A stretch of 26,220 nucleotides of DNA from assembly GCA_038209745.1 (NCBI GenBank), contig JBBQXJ010000068.1, positions 1 to 26,220 on the forward strand. Reading direction: 5' to 3'. Numbering within the stretch: the stretch's first letter is position 1; the number at the start of each line of letters is the position of its first letter. Both the position numbers and the translations under genes were made by a program. Origin of the DNA: Verrucomicrobiota bacterium (GTDB lineage Bacteria > Verrucomicrobiota > Verrucomicrobiia > Limisphaerales > CANJSG01). The notes under the pieces were generated by a model. It made no database searches. It was not told where the DNA came from and saw only the letters and a program-made list of their open reading frames with translations. Positions 1 to 8,739 of this stretch are shown piece after piece.

Positions 1-774
1 CTCGAGCGTCACCGGGCGCTCGAACACCGCGCTCACCGCGACGGAGTGCGCGCGGAAGACCGGCACGCGGACGCAGGTCACCGAGGCGCGGAACGTCGGA
101 TGGTGCATGATCCGGCGGCCTTCATTCTCCATCTTCATCTCCTCCTTCGTGTAGCCGGTCGCGAGGAACGAATCGACCTGCGGCAGCACGTTGAAGGCGA
201 TCTGGTGCGGATAGACCTCCTTGGTCACCGGCCGGCCGGCGGCAAAATCCCGCACCTGGCGATCGAGCTCCTCGACGGCCTTGGCGCCGGTGCCGGAGAC
301 CGCCTGGTAGCTCGACGCGAAGACGCGCTTCACGCCGAACGCCTGGTGCAGCGGGTACAGCGCCATCAAGGTGATCGCGGTGGTGCAGTTCGGGTTCGCG
401 ATGATGCCCTTGTGGAGCTTCACGTCGCCGGGATTGATCTCGGGGACGACGAGCGGGACGGTCGGGTCCTGGCGGAAGTAGCTGGAGTTGTCCACCACCA
501 CGCAACCGGCGGCGACTGCGGCCGGCGCGAAGTCGCGGGAGATGCCGCCACCGGCGCTGAAGAGCGCGATGTCGATGCCTTTGAACGAATCCTGGGTCAG
601 TTCGGTGATGGTGATGTCGGTGCCCTTGTAGGTCAGCTTCTTGCCGACGGAACGGGCGGAGGCGAGCAAGGTCAGCCGGCCCACCGGGAAGTTGCGCTTC
701 TCGAGAGTCTTGATCATCTCGACACCGACGGCGCCTGTGGCGCCGATGATGGCGATGTGCGGATTCCTGTTCAT
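1..774 (-). CDS. asd: Aspartate-semialdehyde dehydrogenase (3' end runs off the window)
   Basis: Not in the ORF track. Manual translation from ATG at 774 gives MNRNPHIAIIGATGAVGVEMIKTLEKRNFPVGRLTLLASARSVGK..., then ALFSAGG, VVDNSS, VVPEIN, IIANPNCTT (catalytic Cys), SSYQAVSGTG and ATCVRVPVFRAHS, all typical Asd motifs. Confidence 0.97.
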   Translation of the reverse strand, partial: MNRNPHIAIIGATGAVGVEMIKTLEKRNFPVGRLTLLASARSVGKKLTYKGTDITITELTQDSFKGIDIALFSAGGGISRDFAPAAVAAGCVVVDNSSYFRQDPTVPLVVPEINPGDVKLHKGIIANPNCTTAITLMALYPLHQAFGVKRVFASSYQAVSGTGAKAVEELDRQVRDFAAGRPVTKEVYPHQIAFNVLPQVDSFLATGYTKEEMKMENEGRRIMHHPTFRASVTCVRVPVFRAHSVAVSAVFERPVTLE

Positions 775-785
775 AAGGGGTAGTA

Positions 786-813
786 AGAATATCGCGGGGC
801 AGGGGGGTGTCAA
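786..813 (-). promoter_or_regulatory. sigma70-type promoter of asd
   Basis: Minus strand reads TTGACA-N16-TATTCT, ending 11 nt before the asd ATG. Confidence 0.65.
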
Positions 814-901
814 ACGGTCGCTGGCCTTTGGTGGGGCCGGGGGACTCAGTGGAACGAAGTCCGATCGTGACTTGGGGCTTTTGGGGCGACCAGTCTTCAA
901 G

Positions 902-1468
902 ATGCGGAGCGGGAAGTTCTGGGCGGTGGCGGTGGCCGGATTGATGTGGGGATGTTCTCCGGAGGCGCCTCCGTCGGTGGGGGGACCGCCGCTGACCGGC
1001 GCCGAGAACAATGTTCTCGGGGTGACGTTGTCCGATGAGAAAGCCGAATTCTCCTACAGGATGCCCGCTGGCTGGTCCGCGACTCTGGTCCCGGAATTGG
1101 CGTCTCCGCTCGCCCAAGAATCCATGCCGCTGGGCTATCGTTCGAACATCCAGGTCGTCAGGGAACGGGTGCCTCTCCGCTTCGATCAATATCTGACGGA
1201 TGGACGTCGGGCGTTGTTGGCGTCCGTGGAAGGAGCCGAGGTGTTGGACGAATCGGACTTCGTGACCGTCTCCGGTTTGCGCGGGCGGCGATGGCGGGTG
1301 CATTCGAAGGTGGGTCGGAAAGACGTGCTCCAGATATTTTATCTTTTCCGCGCAACCGGCGACGACAAGGTGGCCATGACGGCCTCGTGCACGATCGACC
1401 AGGAGCCGCGAATGGTCTTCGTGTTCGACGCCGCGGCCAAGACCTTCGCCCTGCGGCAGGGTCCATGA
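902..1468 (+). CDS. Putative lipoprotein, PsbP/DcrB-like fold
   Basis: Start taken at ATG 902 because the longer ORF overlaps asd. Signal peptide has a lipobox-like LMWG|C. The patterns FSYRMPAGW, SNIQVV and VAMTASC...FDAAAKTF resemble PsbP/DcrB-like proteins. Confidence 0.7.
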   Translation: MRSGKFWAVAVAGLMWGCSPEAPPSVGGPPLTGAENNVLGVTLSDEKAEFSYRMPAGWSATLVPELASPLAQESMPLGYRSNIQVVRERVPLRFDQYLTDGRRALLASVEGAEVLDESDFVTVSGLRGRRWRVHSKVGRKDVLQIFYLFRATGDDKVAMTASCTIDQEPRMVFVFDAAAKTFALRQGP

Positions 1469-1571
1469 ATTGCCGGGGCGGCTTGGCTCTCGGAGGGAAT
1501 GGGACGGGAGGAATGCGTTTGAGCGAGATTTTCCGCGTGATTTTGACAGAGGGGCTACCTAGGTTCCGCAA

Positions 1572-2801
1572 ATGATCATTTGGATTGTCGCCCTGGTAGT
1601 TGTCGGCGTTGCCGCCGTCACGGGCTGGAATCGGGGAGCCGTTCGTGCCGGCATTTCTCTGGCGGGTCTCCTGGTGGCGGCGATGTTGGCGATGCCGATC
1701 GGCGGCTTGCTCAAACCGATCCTCGGCTTTCTGGGAATGAAACACCCCTTCACGCTCGTCTTCGCGGGTCCGATCTTCGCCTTCGCCATCGTGCTGATCG
1801 CCTTCAAGATCGGGGCCCATCAGGTCTACACCAAGATCGACTACTGGCTGAAGTATCGCGCGACGGAGCTGCAGCGCGTCATGTTCGAGCGGATGAATTC
1901 CCGCGTCGGGCTTTGTGTGGGGTTCGTCAACGGGGTCATTTATTTTATTGTGATCATGGTGCCATTCTACGTGGCGAGCTATCTGACACTGCAGTTGCCG
2001 CTCGGCGACAGCACGCCGTTCGGCATGAAGCTGGTCAACACCCTGGGCAGCAGCCTGCGAACGGCGAAGATGGGCAATGTCGTTGCGGGCTTCGATCCAG
2101 CCCCGGCTTCCTACTATGAATCGGCGGACATCGTCGGCCTCGTTCTGAACAACGTGCTGGTCTACAACAATCGGCTTCGTCGCTACCCCACGCTGCTGAA
2201 CTTCTTCGATCGCGACGAGTTTCGGAAGATAGACTCCAATCTGGATATCCAGCGCATGCTGGTGGAGCAGGGAACCAAGCTGACCGATTTGTTGGCGACC
2301 CCCGACATCCAGGCGGTCGTCACCAACCGGGAGATCGCCCTGGACCTACAGAAGCTTCTCTCAACCTCCGAGCTGAAGGATCTGAAAGGATTCCTCCTGA
2401 CCGGTATCTCGGACAAATACAGCAGCGAACGGATACTTGGCCTCTGGGTGTTGAGCATCGAAGGCAGCGCCGCCGAATTGAAAAAGAAGAACACCCAGAT
2501 CACCTCACGCGATCTGATGCGGTTCAAATCCCATCTCTACACGGTCTACCCCATCGCCCAGCTCGTCATCACCACGGACAACAAGGCCGTGCTGAAGGTG
2601 GCCGACGCGACGGCCAATCCGCCGATTCCGCAACCGTCCTTGCGGGGTGAATGGAGCCGGAACGATTCGGGCTATGTGCTCAAGATGACCACGGGTGGTC
2701 TCGGCTCCGAATGGAAGGCAACGGTCATTGGAGATGACATGTATGTCACTGCGGGCTTGGGGGATGCGGAATATACTCTGGTCTTCAAGCGACTGCTCTG
2801 A
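1572..2801 (+). CDS. CvpA (colicin V production) family membrane protein with a long C-terminal soluble extension
   Basis: N-terminal ~150 aa has four hydrophobic segments, GWNRGAVR and NSRVGLCVGFVNG (CvpA-like pattern). About 250 aa of hydrophilic tail follow. Confidence 0.75.
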   Translation: MIIWIVALVVVGVAAVTGWNRGAVRAGISLAGLLVAAMLAMPIGGLLKPILGFLGMKHPFTLVFAGPIFAFAIVLIAFKIGAHQVYTKIDYWLKYRATELQRVMFERMNSRVGLCVGFVNGVIYFIVIMVPFYVASYLTLQLPLGDSTPFGMKLVNTLGSSLRTAKMGNVVAGFDPAPASYYESADIVGLVLNNVLVYNNRLRRYPTLLNFFDRDEFRKIDSNLDIQRMLVEQGTKLTDLLATPDIQAVVTNREIALDLQKLLSTSELKDLKGFLLTGISDKYSSERILGLWVLSIEGSAAELKKKNTQITSRDLMRFKSHLYTVYPIAQLVITTDNKAVLKVADATANPPIPQPSLRGEWSRNDSGYVLKMTTGGLGSEWKATVIGDDMYVTAGLGDAEYTLVFKRLL

Positions 2802-2831
2802 CCCGATAACTCCCCTTCCGAACCGGCAGCG

Positions 2832-2860
2832 AAAAGGCCCGCCAGAGTGGCGGGCCTTTT
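2832..2860. terminator. Bidirectional intrinsic terminator between convergent genes
   Basis: AAAAGGCCCGCCA-gag-TGGCGGGCCTTTT is a perfect inverted repeat with A and T tails. Confidence 0.85.
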
Positions 2861-2885
2861 ATGTTGGGACGAGTTCGAGATGCCT

Positions 2886-3356
2886 TCAGTCAGCGCGAGA
2901 CGGCAGGATGGCCGATGCAGGGGTGGCCGTCGGTTGAAAACTGTTGAAAAGGTCCTTCCCGGCGTTGGAGTTGCTCGGGGCCAGTGACAAGGAGTCTGTC
3001 ACCCCGCGTGGTGCGTCGGCGAAGGCCATGTTGTGGACGGGCAGTGTCGGCATGCTGGCCGTGCCCGTCGGGGCGGTGTCCTGTAGGACGATGAATCCGA
3101 TGCCGGCGAGCAGAGCGCAGCCCGCCGCCACGCCGGCGCCGGTGGCGAAGATGGGGCGCTCGCCGATCAGGCGGCCCAGTCGGGTCCACAACGAGGCGTC
3201 TTCGAATTTCTCCAGTTCGCCGAGCCTTGAGAGGATCTTGCCGGGAAGTTCGGTGAAATAGCGCGGAGGAGGCGTCTCGTGCCGTTTCAGGGCGAGAGCC
3301 TGGCGCAACCGGTCAAAGTTTTGTCCTTCTTCGTTCATGGATCGAGGGTGGCTCAC
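2886..3356 (-). CDS. Putative transmembrane anti-sigma factor
   Basis: Directly downstream of an ECF sigma gene (GTGA overlap; alternative ATG at 3338). N-terminal LRQALALKRHETPPPRYF...ILSRL, one TM helix, low-complexity tail. Confidence 0.7.
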   Translation of the reverse strand: MSHPRSMNEEGQNFDRLRQALALKRHETPPPRYFTELPGKILSRLGELEKFEDASLWTRLGRLIGERPIFATGAGVAAGCALLAGIGFIVLQDTAPTGTASMPTLPVHNMAFADAPRGVTDSLSLAPSNSNAGKDLFNSFQPTATPASAILPSRAD

Positions 3357-3964
3357 TTCAAGTAATCGGACAGATGGCCTTGGAGTTGTTGTCTGGCGTA
3401 GAAGAGCCGGGACCGAACAGTGCCTGTGTTACAGGCCATGATCTTGGCGATCTCTTCGTGGGCCAGCCCCTGCACGTCGTGCAGGGCCACGACCAATCTA
3501 TGTTGATCCGACAGCTTCATCATCGCCTCGTTCAATTTCTCCTGCAGCTCGGAGAGGGCGGCGTCGCGCCGGGGGGTCTTGTCCGAGATCAGAGCGACAA
3601 GATCGGGGTCGTTCTCGGCGTTGAAGTCGAGGTCGTTGAGGCTGATTCCCGAGCGGTTCTTCCGCTGTTTCAGGTGGTTGATCGTTTTGTTGACCGCGAT
3701 GCGGTAGACCCAGGTGAAAAAGCTGGAGTCGCCCTTGAAGGACTTCAGCGCGCGATGGGCCTTGATGAAGGTCTCCTGCACCAGGTCGTTGGCGTCTTCG
3801 TGGTTGGAGGTCATGTGGTAGACCGTCCCGTAGATGCGTTCCTGATAGCGGCGGATCAGCTCGTCGTAGGCGTCCAGATCGTCGTTCTGCGCACGGCGGA
3901 CCAGCTCAACGTCCTCGGGAAGGGACGCTGAAGCGGTGTTGGCGCTGGCGAGCGGCTGAGACAT
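3353..3964 (-). CDS. ECF RNA polymerase sigma factor (RpoE-like)
   Basis: Region 2 (DLVQETFIKA...FKGDSSFFTWVYRIAVN) and region 4 (LSDQHRLVVALHDVQGLAHEEIAKIMACNTGTVRSRLFYAR). Confidence 0.95.
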   Translation of the reverse strand: MSQPLASANTASASLPEDVELVRRAQNDDLDAYDELIRRYQERIYGTVYHMTSNHEDANDLVQETFIKAHRALKSFKGDSSFFTWVYRIAVNKTINHLKQRKNRSGISLNDLDFNAENDPDLVALISDKTPRRDAALSELQEKLNEAMMKLSDQHRLVVALHDVQGLAHEEIAKIMACNTGTVRSRLFYARQQLQGHLSDYLK

Positions 3965-4452
3965 TTGGCGAACAGGATGGTCGGTCCCATGCCCGGTTGT
4001 CAGCAGGCAAAGTGCGACCCGGGCGGAAGATCGACGGGGGCTGCCAGTCCGAACAATTCATGGCGAAGTGGCTTAGGGATTCTCCCGGGCCGCCGATGAA
4101 CCGGAGCAGATTGGTTCCGGATGCTGTGGTCTTGGTCAAGGACCCTCGCTGCCATGGATGGCGGCGTTGCATCGGGACGGCCTGGATGGCACATGAGCGC
4201 TCGCGGATTGAACTCGTCCGGCGGATCCGATTCGGACGCCGACCCTTCGGAAAGGGATGCCCCTTTGATTTGCCCGACGGCAGGTCAAGCTGGTGGAGCT
4301 TCCGCGTTCTGGCTGACGGTCGCGGCTGGCACGTTCCCCAGCCACCTGAGTCCATCGATGGAGCGGATCGACGGTCGTCCCGAACTCCCGGACCTCGTCA
4401 CCCGCGAGCTTGAGATGTCGAATCCTGATCTGCTGCGCCTTTTCAAACTGCA

Positions 4453-5085
4453 ATGAAGATCCTGATGGCAGATGACAACGCGGTCGAAAGGCGGGTCCTC
4501 CGACTCGCCCTCGAACGCTATGACTACGACACCACTGTCTGCCAAGACGGGGCCGAGGCGTGGGAAAAGCTCAAAACCGCGGCGGATCCGACCATCGCCA
4601 TCCTTGATTGGATGATGCCCGGGCTCAACGGCCCCGATATCTGTCGGTTGCTCCGCGAGACTTCCGCTTCTTCCTCGGTCTACGTCATCCTGCTGACCAG
4701 CCTCGACGGGACCAGCAACCTCGTCGAAGGCCTCGACGCCGGAGCCGACGACTACATCAAAAAGCCTTTCAAAATCGATGAGCTGAGAGCCCGGCTGAAT
4801 GTCGGCACGCGCATCCTGAACCTCCAGGAATCCCTGCGTAATCGTGTCGAGGAGCTCGAAGAAGCCCTCACCAACGTCAAACGGCTGCAGCGCCTGCTCC
4901 CCATCTGCAGCTACTGCAAGTCCATCCGGGACGACAAGAACTACTGGCAGCAGGTGGACCAATACATCGTCCAACATTCCGACGTGCGGTTCAGCCACGG
5001 CTTCTGTCCCGATTGCTACGAGAAACACGTGAAAGTGGAGCTCGCCAACCTCATCGCGGAGACAAAGCTGGGCTCCTTCCATTAG
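4453..5085 (+). CDS. Response regulator: REC domain, coiled coil and C-terminal Cys/His cluster
   Basis: MKILMADD, ILDWMMPG (phospho-Asp), LLTS, GADDYIKKPF. C-terminus has LLPICSYCKSIRD...FSHGFCPDC. Confidence 0.93.
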   Translation: MKILMADDNAVERRVLRLALERYDYDTTVCQDGAEAWEKLKTAADPTIAILDWMMPGLNGPDICRLLRETSASSSVYVILLTSLDGTSNLVEGLDAGADDYIKKPFKIDELRARLNVGTRILNLQESLRNRVEELEEALTNVKRLQRLLPICSYCKSIRDDKNYWQQVDQYIVQHSDVRFSHGFCPDCYEKHVKVELANLIAETKLGSFH

Positions 5086-5140
5086 CCTTTGGGTCCGGCT
5101 CCGGGGCTTCCACCGCGGCACGCGATGGCGTATTCCCTCG

Positions 5141-6454
5141 GTGATGAGAATTCAACTGGCCTACGGCAAGGGGCATCTCGACGTCGATTTCCCGGAGGGT
5201 CGCACCACCGTGGTGGAGCCTTCCGATGTCCGGGCCGTGCCCGATGAGCGGGGCACCTTTCTCGCCGCGCTGGAGCAGCCGATCGACTGCCGGCCGCTAC
5301 GGGCCTTCGTCCGACGCGATTCCAAGGTCTGCATCGCCTTTACCGACATCACCCGGGCGACCCCCAACGAACGGATCATCCCTTGGCTCCTGGAATACCT
5401 CGCGCCGCTCGTTCCCCGGGAGAACATCACGCTCCTGAATCAGCTCGGGACCCACCGTCCCAATACCCGCGCGGAGCTGGAGCAGATGCTGACGGCGGAG
5501 GTGGTCGCGAACTATCGCGTGGTGAACCATGAGCCCGAGAACGAGGCTGCCATGGTGCAGTTCGGCACCACGCGCGACGGGACGCCCGCATTGATCAACC
5601 GGCTTCTCGCCGAATCGGACGTGAGGATCATCACGGGTTTCATCGAACCGCATTTTTTCGCGGGCTTCAGCGGCGGAGTGAAGGGGATCATGCCCGGTTG
5701 CGCCGCCTTGCGGACGGTGATGAGCAACCACGGCTCTCACAACATCGGCAGCCCGAAGGCCACTTTCGGGGTCAACGACGGCAACCCGCTGTGGGAGGAG
5801 CTGCGGGACATCGCGCTGCGGGTCGGGCCCAGTTTTCTCTGCAACGTGACCCTGAACCATCGACGGGAGATCACGGGAGTGTTCGCCGGGGATCTTGTCC
5901 GGGCCCATCGCGTCGGGACCGAGTTCGTCCGGCGTTCCGCGATGCAGCCGGTGGACGCGCCGTTCGAGATCGTCGTCACGACGAACAGCGGCTACCCGCT
6001 CGACATGAACCTGTATCAGGGCGTCAAAGGACTCAGCGCCGGCGCGCGCATCGTTTCGGAGCAGGGGACGCTGATACTGGTGGCCGAACTGGGCGAAGGT
6101 GTTCCGGAAAGGAGCCCGTTCGACCAGTTGCTGCGGAGCGTCGGCAGTCCGGAAGAATTGTTGGCCAGGCTGGCGACTCCGGGATTCGCCCGACCTGAAC
6201 AATGGCAGGCCCAGATCCAGGCGCTCATCCAACGCCGCGCCCGGGTGCTGGTGCATGGCGCGTTGCCCGACGATCAGCTGCGCGCCTGCCATCTGGAACC
6301 ATGCCGCGACCTCGCGGCGACCGTCCGGCAGCGGCTGGAGGAGCTCGGACCCAAGGCCCGGATCGCTGTCTTGCCGCAGGGGCCGCTGACCATTCCCTAT
6401 CTCGCGGAACCCGCCGACGTCGGGAGTTTCAGCCCAAGCGGTCACCAGGCTTGA
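5141..6454 (+). CDS. larA: Nickel-pincer-dependent lactate racemase (LarA) family protein
   Basis: Motifs LAYG, DITRATP, GTHR, IEPHFFAGFSGGVKGIMPG, SNH, NLYQGVKG and EQWQAQ. Start is GTG 5141 or ATG 5144. Confidence 0.92.
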   Translation: MMRIQLAYGKGHLDVDFPEGRTTVVEPSDVRAVPDERGTFLAALEQPIDCRPLRAFVRRDSKVCIAFTDITRATPNERIIPWLLEYLAPLVPRENITLLNQLGTHRPNTRAELEQMLTAEVVANYRVVNHEPENEAAMVQFGTTRDGTPALINRLLAESDVRIITGFIEPHFFAGFSGGVKGIMPGCAALRTVMSNHGSHNIGSPKATFGVNDGNPLWEELRDIALRVGPSFLCNVTLNHRREITGVFAGDLVRAHRVGTEFVRRSAMQPVDAPFEIVVTTNSGYPLDMNLYQGVKGLSAGARIVSEQGTLILVAELGEGVPERSPFDQLLRSVGSPEELLARLATPGFARPEQWQAQIQALIQRRARVLVHGALPDDQLRACHLEPCRDLAATVRQRLEELGPKARIAVLPQGPLTIPYLAEPADVGSFSPSGHQA

Positions 6455-7388
6455 GCGGAAAGCCCCGGAGAAACTCCCCGACTTTCATGCGCTTGCCTGC
6501 TTCCCGTTGGACTTCTCGGATCCGCAGAGAACCCTCCCCGCAGGCGACCAATAGACCGTTTGCGTCGGCCTCCAACACACATCCCGCTTCTCCGGACGCG
6601 GCTTCCGGAACCGTGCCGAACAGCTTCACCAACGAGCGCTCGGTCGCGCCCGGCAGCTTGGAGAACGCGCCCGGCCACGGGGTGAACGCGCGGATGCGGT
6701 TCCAGATCGTCGTCGCCGGCAACGACCAGTCGAGGCGGCCATCGTCCTTGGTGATCTTGCGGGCGTAGGTCGCGCCTTCAGCGGGTTGGGCCACTGGCTC
6801 GATCCGGCCCGCCACATAGTCCGGCAGCGTCTCGACCAAGAGCGTTCCGCCCATTTCGGCCAAGCGGTCGTGCAACGTTTGGCCGGTGTCTTCCGCAGCG
6901 ATCGTGGTCTTGGCGCAGACGATCATCGGGCCGGTGTCGAGACCCGCGTCCATCTTCATCAGGGTCACCCCCGTCTCCGTGTCGCCGTCGGCGATGGCCC
7001 ATTGGATCGGCGCGGCGCCGCGATGGCGGGGCAGCAACGAGGTGTGGACGTTCACGCAGCCGAACTTGGGAATATCCAGCAACGCCTGTGGCAGGATCTG
7101 GCCAAAAGCGGCCACGACGACGATCTCCGGCTGAAGCGCACGGAGTTGCTCCAAGAACTCGGGATCACGCGCCTTCTTGGGCTGAAGCACCGGGATCCCG
7201 GCGGCTTCGGCGGCAATTTTCACCGGCGTGGCCTGGAGCTTCAGGTCGCGTCCGCTGGGTTTGTCCGGCTGGCTGACCGCCGCCAGCACGGTGCAACCGG
7301 GCCAAACCAACAACGCCTTCAAACAGGTCGCGGCCAGATCGGGCGTGCCCATGAAGACGAGGCGGAGCGGAGCGGAAGCGTTCGACAT
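6429..7388 (-). CDS. fmt: Methionyl-tRNA formyltransferase
   Basis: VFMGTPD, SQPDKPSGR, VAAFGQIL, NVHTSLLPRHRGAAPIQWAI, MDAGLDTG, RAFTPWPGA. Confidence 0.98.
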   Translation of the reverse strand: MSNASAPLRLVFMGTPDLAATCLKALLVWPGCTVLAAVSQPDKPSGRDLKLQATPVKIAAEAAGIPVLQPKKARDPEFLEQLRALQPEIVVVAAFGQILPQALLDIPKFGCVNVHTSLLPRHRGAAPIQWAIADGDTETGVTLMKMDAGLDTGPMIVCAKTTIAAEDTGQTLHDRLAEMGGTLLVETLPDYVAGRIEPVAQPAEGATYARKITKDDGRLDWSLPATTIWNRIRAFTPWPGAFSKLPGATERSLVKLFGTVPEAASGEAGCVLEADANGLLVACGEGSLRIREVQREAGKRMKVGEFLRGFPLKPGDRLG

Positions 7389-7433
7389 GCGATCAGGCTA
7401 GGGAGCGCGGGAAACCATTGGGAGTTCAGAGTG

Positions 7434-7461
7434 GGTTGTTGGTTGTTGGTTGTCGGTTGTT
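7434..7461. repeat. Heptamer tandem repeat (GGTTGTY)x4
   Basis: GGTTGTT GGTTGTT GGTTGTC GGTTGTT in the 90-bp divergent fmt/rsmE spacer. Confidence 0.85.
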
Positions 7462-7478
7462 TTGGGAACTTCGACGCC

Positions 7479-8228
7479 GTGCATCGCTTCTATCTGCCGC
7501 CCGAATTGTGCCGCGCCGACGCGTTTTCCCTTTCGGAGAGCGACGCGCACCACGCGGTGAAGGTGCTGCGCCTCCGCGAAGGCGACGAGGTGACGGTGCT
7601 GGACGGTGTGGGCGGCGTGATGGAATGCACCATTCGCACCGCCGGCAAACGCGACGTCGTGGTGGCCGTCAAACACCGAATCCAAACGCCCGCGCTCGCC
7701 TGTCGAATCCATCTGATCCAAGCGATTCCCAAGGCGAAGCTGATGGAGTCGATCATCCAGAAATCAACCGAGCTCGGCGTGGCGCGTATCATGCCGTTGT
7801 TGGCCGAACGGGTTGTGACCCATCTGGACGGCGAAGGAGCCGAAGCCAAAGCCGCGAAGTGGCAGCAGGTCGCCATCGAGGCCATCAAACAATGCGGCCA
7901 GCCGTGGCTGCCCAAAGTAGAGCCTCCGCAATCGCCGGCTGAGTGGCTGAAACGTGGTGACTCGGCCGAGCTGGCGTTGGTGGGTGCGTTGCGGCCGGGC
8001 AGCCGACATCCGCGCGCGTTCTTCGAATCGTTTATCCATGAACACGGTCGGAAGCCGCAGGACGTCGCGATCTGGATCGGTCCGGAAGGCGACTTCACCC
8101 CGGCCGAGCTGGACGCCGCCGAAGCCGCCGGAGCCAAGCCGATCACGCTCGGCCCGCTGGTCCTGCGGGTGGAGACCGCGTCGATCTATTGCCTGTCCGT
8201 GGTGAACTACGAAATGCAGGCGAACTAG
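7479..8228 (+). CDS. rsmE: 16S rRNA (uracil1498-N3)-methyltransferase
   Basis: From GTG 7479: MHRFYLP...HHAVKVLRL...IIQKSTELGV...EAIKQCG...IGPEGDFT...LGPLVLRVETA. The upstream part of the 6786 ORF is the antisense shadow of fmt. Confidence 0.96.
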   Translation: MHRFYLPPELCRADAFSLSESDAHHAVKVLRLREGDEVTVLDGVGGVMECTIRTAGKRDVVVAVKHRIQTPALACRIHLIQAIPKAKLMESIIQKSTELGVARIMPLLAERVVTHLDGEGAEAKAAKWQQVAIEAIKQCGQPWLPKVEPPQSPAEWLKRGDSAELALVGALRPGSRHPRAFFESFIHEHGRKPQDVAIWIGPEGDFTPAELDAAEAAGAKPITLGPLVLRVETASIYCLSVVNYEMQAN

Positions 8229-8404
8229 CCGCAAGGCCGCGTGCCGGTCGCAAAGACAGCGGGTCGGCGATTGGGGTGTGGTGGTGCGGTTGACAGTTTT
8301 CAAACCAACAAGCCTATGAAATCGAACCTTTGTGGAGGCTCAAAAGGTTGTTCACGAGGAGACGGAGGCGTGAGACGGGCGGGAGGAGGCTGAGGGAATG
8401 GTAA

Positions 8405-8491
8405 GGTTCGACCGCTCTGCGGTCGCGCTCCCTGCGGCGGGTGGTCTGCGGGTTGCACCCGGAACTATTCACGTTCAAGGCCTCCGGCCGT
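8405..8491 (-). repeat. REP-like palindromic element with three short hairpins
   Basis: Hairpins CGACCGC-tct-GCGGTCG, CGGGT-tgc-ACCCG and GGCC-tcc-GGCC. Minus strand reads GGCCGGAGGCCTTGAACGTGAATAG..CGGGTGCAACCCG..CGACCGCAGAGCGGTCGAAC, similar in layout to REP-type repeats I recall next to IS200/RAYT transposases (recall, not a search). Confidence 0.45.
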
Positions 8492-8597
8492 GACAATGCG
8501 GGCACGGAGTTTCTTAAACCGCTCTCATGGAACGCGTCCTTTGCCCGGAAAAACCGCTTTTCAGACAGGTTCACAAAGTTGACGTGGCGAAAGTGAC

Positions 8598-8637
8598 GGA
8601 GGGCGCGGTCTCGCGGACGTGACTGTCCGCGCTCCTC
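8598..8637. repeat. REP-like hairpin GCGGAC-N6-GTCCGCGCTCC
   Basis: GCGGAC gtgact GTCCGC GCTCC, plus an alternative outer pairing GAGGGCGCGG/CCGCGCTCCTC. Confidence 0.45.
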
Positions 8638-8739
8638 AAGCCTCGGCTGCGGTTTGACCGAGTGGGAGGGTCCAGATTTTGGAGCTTGTGAGCCACCGTC
8701 CGATAGCGGCTCCTTAGCCCAAACTTCGAAGGGACTGGC

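Noticed and set aside
46..1303. ORFs 46-783 (+), 122-1303 (-) and the 5' part of 641-1468
   Set aside because: Shadow or alternative frames over asd, which is the real gene and is missing from the ORF track because it runs off the window.
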